This document shows, one piece after another, positions 63,238 to 64,000 of a stretch of DNA of 64,000 nt. The position numbers were made by a program, and so were the translations under genes. Positions within the stretch are counted from its first letter, which is position 1. The number at the start of each line of letters is the position of its first letter. The notes beneath the pieces were generated by a model, which was not told the DNA's origin, did no database searches, and worked only from the letters and a program-made list of their open reading frames with translations. This DNA comes from an uncultured Bacteroidaceae bacterium. Lineage in GTDB: Bacteria > Bacteroidota > Bacteroidia > Bacteroidales > Bacteroidaceae. Location of the stretch: NCBI GenBank assembly GCA_964415385.1, contig CAYPZK010000002.1, positions 46,320 to 110,319 of the forward strand, in the 5' to 3' direction.

Positions 63238-64000
63238 ATGAGAAAGCAATATCTATCGGCACCGCTTCCATTCCAGGGGCAGAAGCGGAGGTTCGCCAAG
63301 GAGTACATGAAAGTGCTCGGGCAGTTCCCTGACGGCACGACATTCGTTGACCTGTTCGGCGGCAGCGGGCTGCTGTCGCACATCGCCAAATGCCGGAAGC
63401 CGAACTCCAAGGTGGTGTACAACGACTACGACGGCTACCGGCAACGCTTGGAGGCCATACCCGAGACCAACGCGCTGCTGGCGGAGTTGAGGGCGTTGGT
63501 GCATACGCCGCATGACAAGGCCATACTCGGCGAGGAGCGGGAGCGCGTGTTGAGTTGTGTGCGCAGGTACGAGCGGGACTACGGCTACGTGGACTACATC
63601 ACGCTGTCCTCGTCCGTACTGTTCTCGATGAAGTATGTGACCAACTTTGCCGAACTGGAGAAAGAGACCTTATATAATAATGTAAAGCAGACGGACTATC
63701 CGCCGTGCGACGGCTACCTTGACGGGCTGACCATCACCTCGTGCGACTACAGGGAGGTGTTCCGCCGGTACAAGGACGAGCCGGAGGTGGTGTTCATCGT
63801 CGATCCGCCTTATTTGAGCACGGACAGCAAGACATACAAGATGTACTGGAAGCTGTCCGACTATCTCGATGTGCTGACCGTGCTGGCGGGGCACCGCTTT
63901 ATTTATTTCACCTCGAACAAGTCGTCCATCATAGAATTGTGCGACTGGATGGGCAGGAACCGCACCGTCGGCAACCCTTTCGCGAAATGCAGCCGCAGGG
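63238..64000 (+). CDS. DNA adenine methyltransferase (Dam/D12-class-like), partial at the window edge
   Basis: My own translation gives MRKQYLSAPLPFQGQKRRF...FVDLFGGSGLL (motif I) ... VFIVDPPYLS (motif IV). Absent from the ORF track because no stop falls in the window. Confidence 0.75.
   Translation, partial: MRKQYLSAPLPFQGQKRRFAKEYMKVLGQFPDGTTFVDLFGGSGLLSHIAKCRKPNSKVVYNDYDGYRQRLEAIPETNALLAELRALVHTPHDKAILGEERERVLSCVRRYERDYGYVDYITLSSSVLFSMKYVTNFAELEKETLYNNVKQTDYPPCDGYLDGLTITSCDYREVFRRYKDEPEVVFIVDPPYLSTDSKTYKMYWKLSDYLDVLTVLAGHRFIYFTSNKSSIIELCDWMGRNRTVGNPFAKCSRR

Larger units (their letters stand above)
23059..64000. mobile_element. Mu-like transposable prophage carrying a DGR. Left boundary is approximate and the right end is beyond the window.
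   Basis: Repressor, DDE transposase, MuB-like ATPase, GemA-like, Gam, Mu-F, Mu-G, DUF935 portal, DUF1320, TerL, protease-scaffold, capsid, tail genes, DGR, Mor-like regulator and Dam-like methylase. Confidence 0.8.

Noticed and set aside
1-64000. rRNA, tRNA or tmRNA genes, and integrase/attachment-site tRNA targets near the prophage end.
   Set aside because: No cloverleaf-like or rRNA-like segments were recognised by eye in the intergenic regions. The element has transposase rather than integrase genes. A tRNAscan or Infernal run would be needed to be certain.

Overview
High-GC (roughly 58-60% by eye) chromosome segment that looks Bacteroidales-like, based on recurrent TAnnTTTG -7 promoter boxes and the gene families present. 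The window has three parts. (1) 1-22.3 kb holds host housekeeping genes: ileS, pyrI/pyrB, a Nif3/zinc-ribbon pair, two Cys/Met PLP enzymes, Wzx flippase + GT2, a Crp-family regulator, YggS, an HD hydrolase, pyrF, prfA and purM. A clearly lower-GC type II restriction-modification cassette is wedged between prfA and pyrF. (2) 22.3-23.5 kb has no convincing ORF, is G-rich and C-poor on the plus strand, and ends in six direct GGGGTTACA repeats. (3) From about 23.06 kb to the right edge is a Mu-like transposable prophage whose right end lies outside the window. It encodes a CI-type repressor, a DDE transposase, a MuB-like ATPase, Gam, a leftward head module (TerS, TerL, DUF1320, DUF935 portal, MuF, Mu-G) and a rightward protease/capsid/lysis/tail module (frameshifted chaperone, 1737-aa tape measure, 1363-aa tail protein, 2466-aa fibre). 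The most notable content is a diversity-generating retroelement (DGR). A 113-bp VR at the 3' end of the 2466-aa fibre gene differs from a downstream TR at 12 positions, and all 12 are TR adenines. The TR is followed by a reverse transcriptase whose frame carries one in-frame TAG and an unusual ~105-aa C-terminal extension, and no Avd-like ORF is visible. Other notable items are a MuF head protein with a low-GC C-terminal nuclease-like module, a spanin-like overlapped gene pair, phased repeats in the divergent late control region, and two promoter-to-terminator candidate small RNAs. No rRNA, tRNA or CRISPR array was recognised. All product calls rest on my own reading of motifs and remembered family features, not on database searches.
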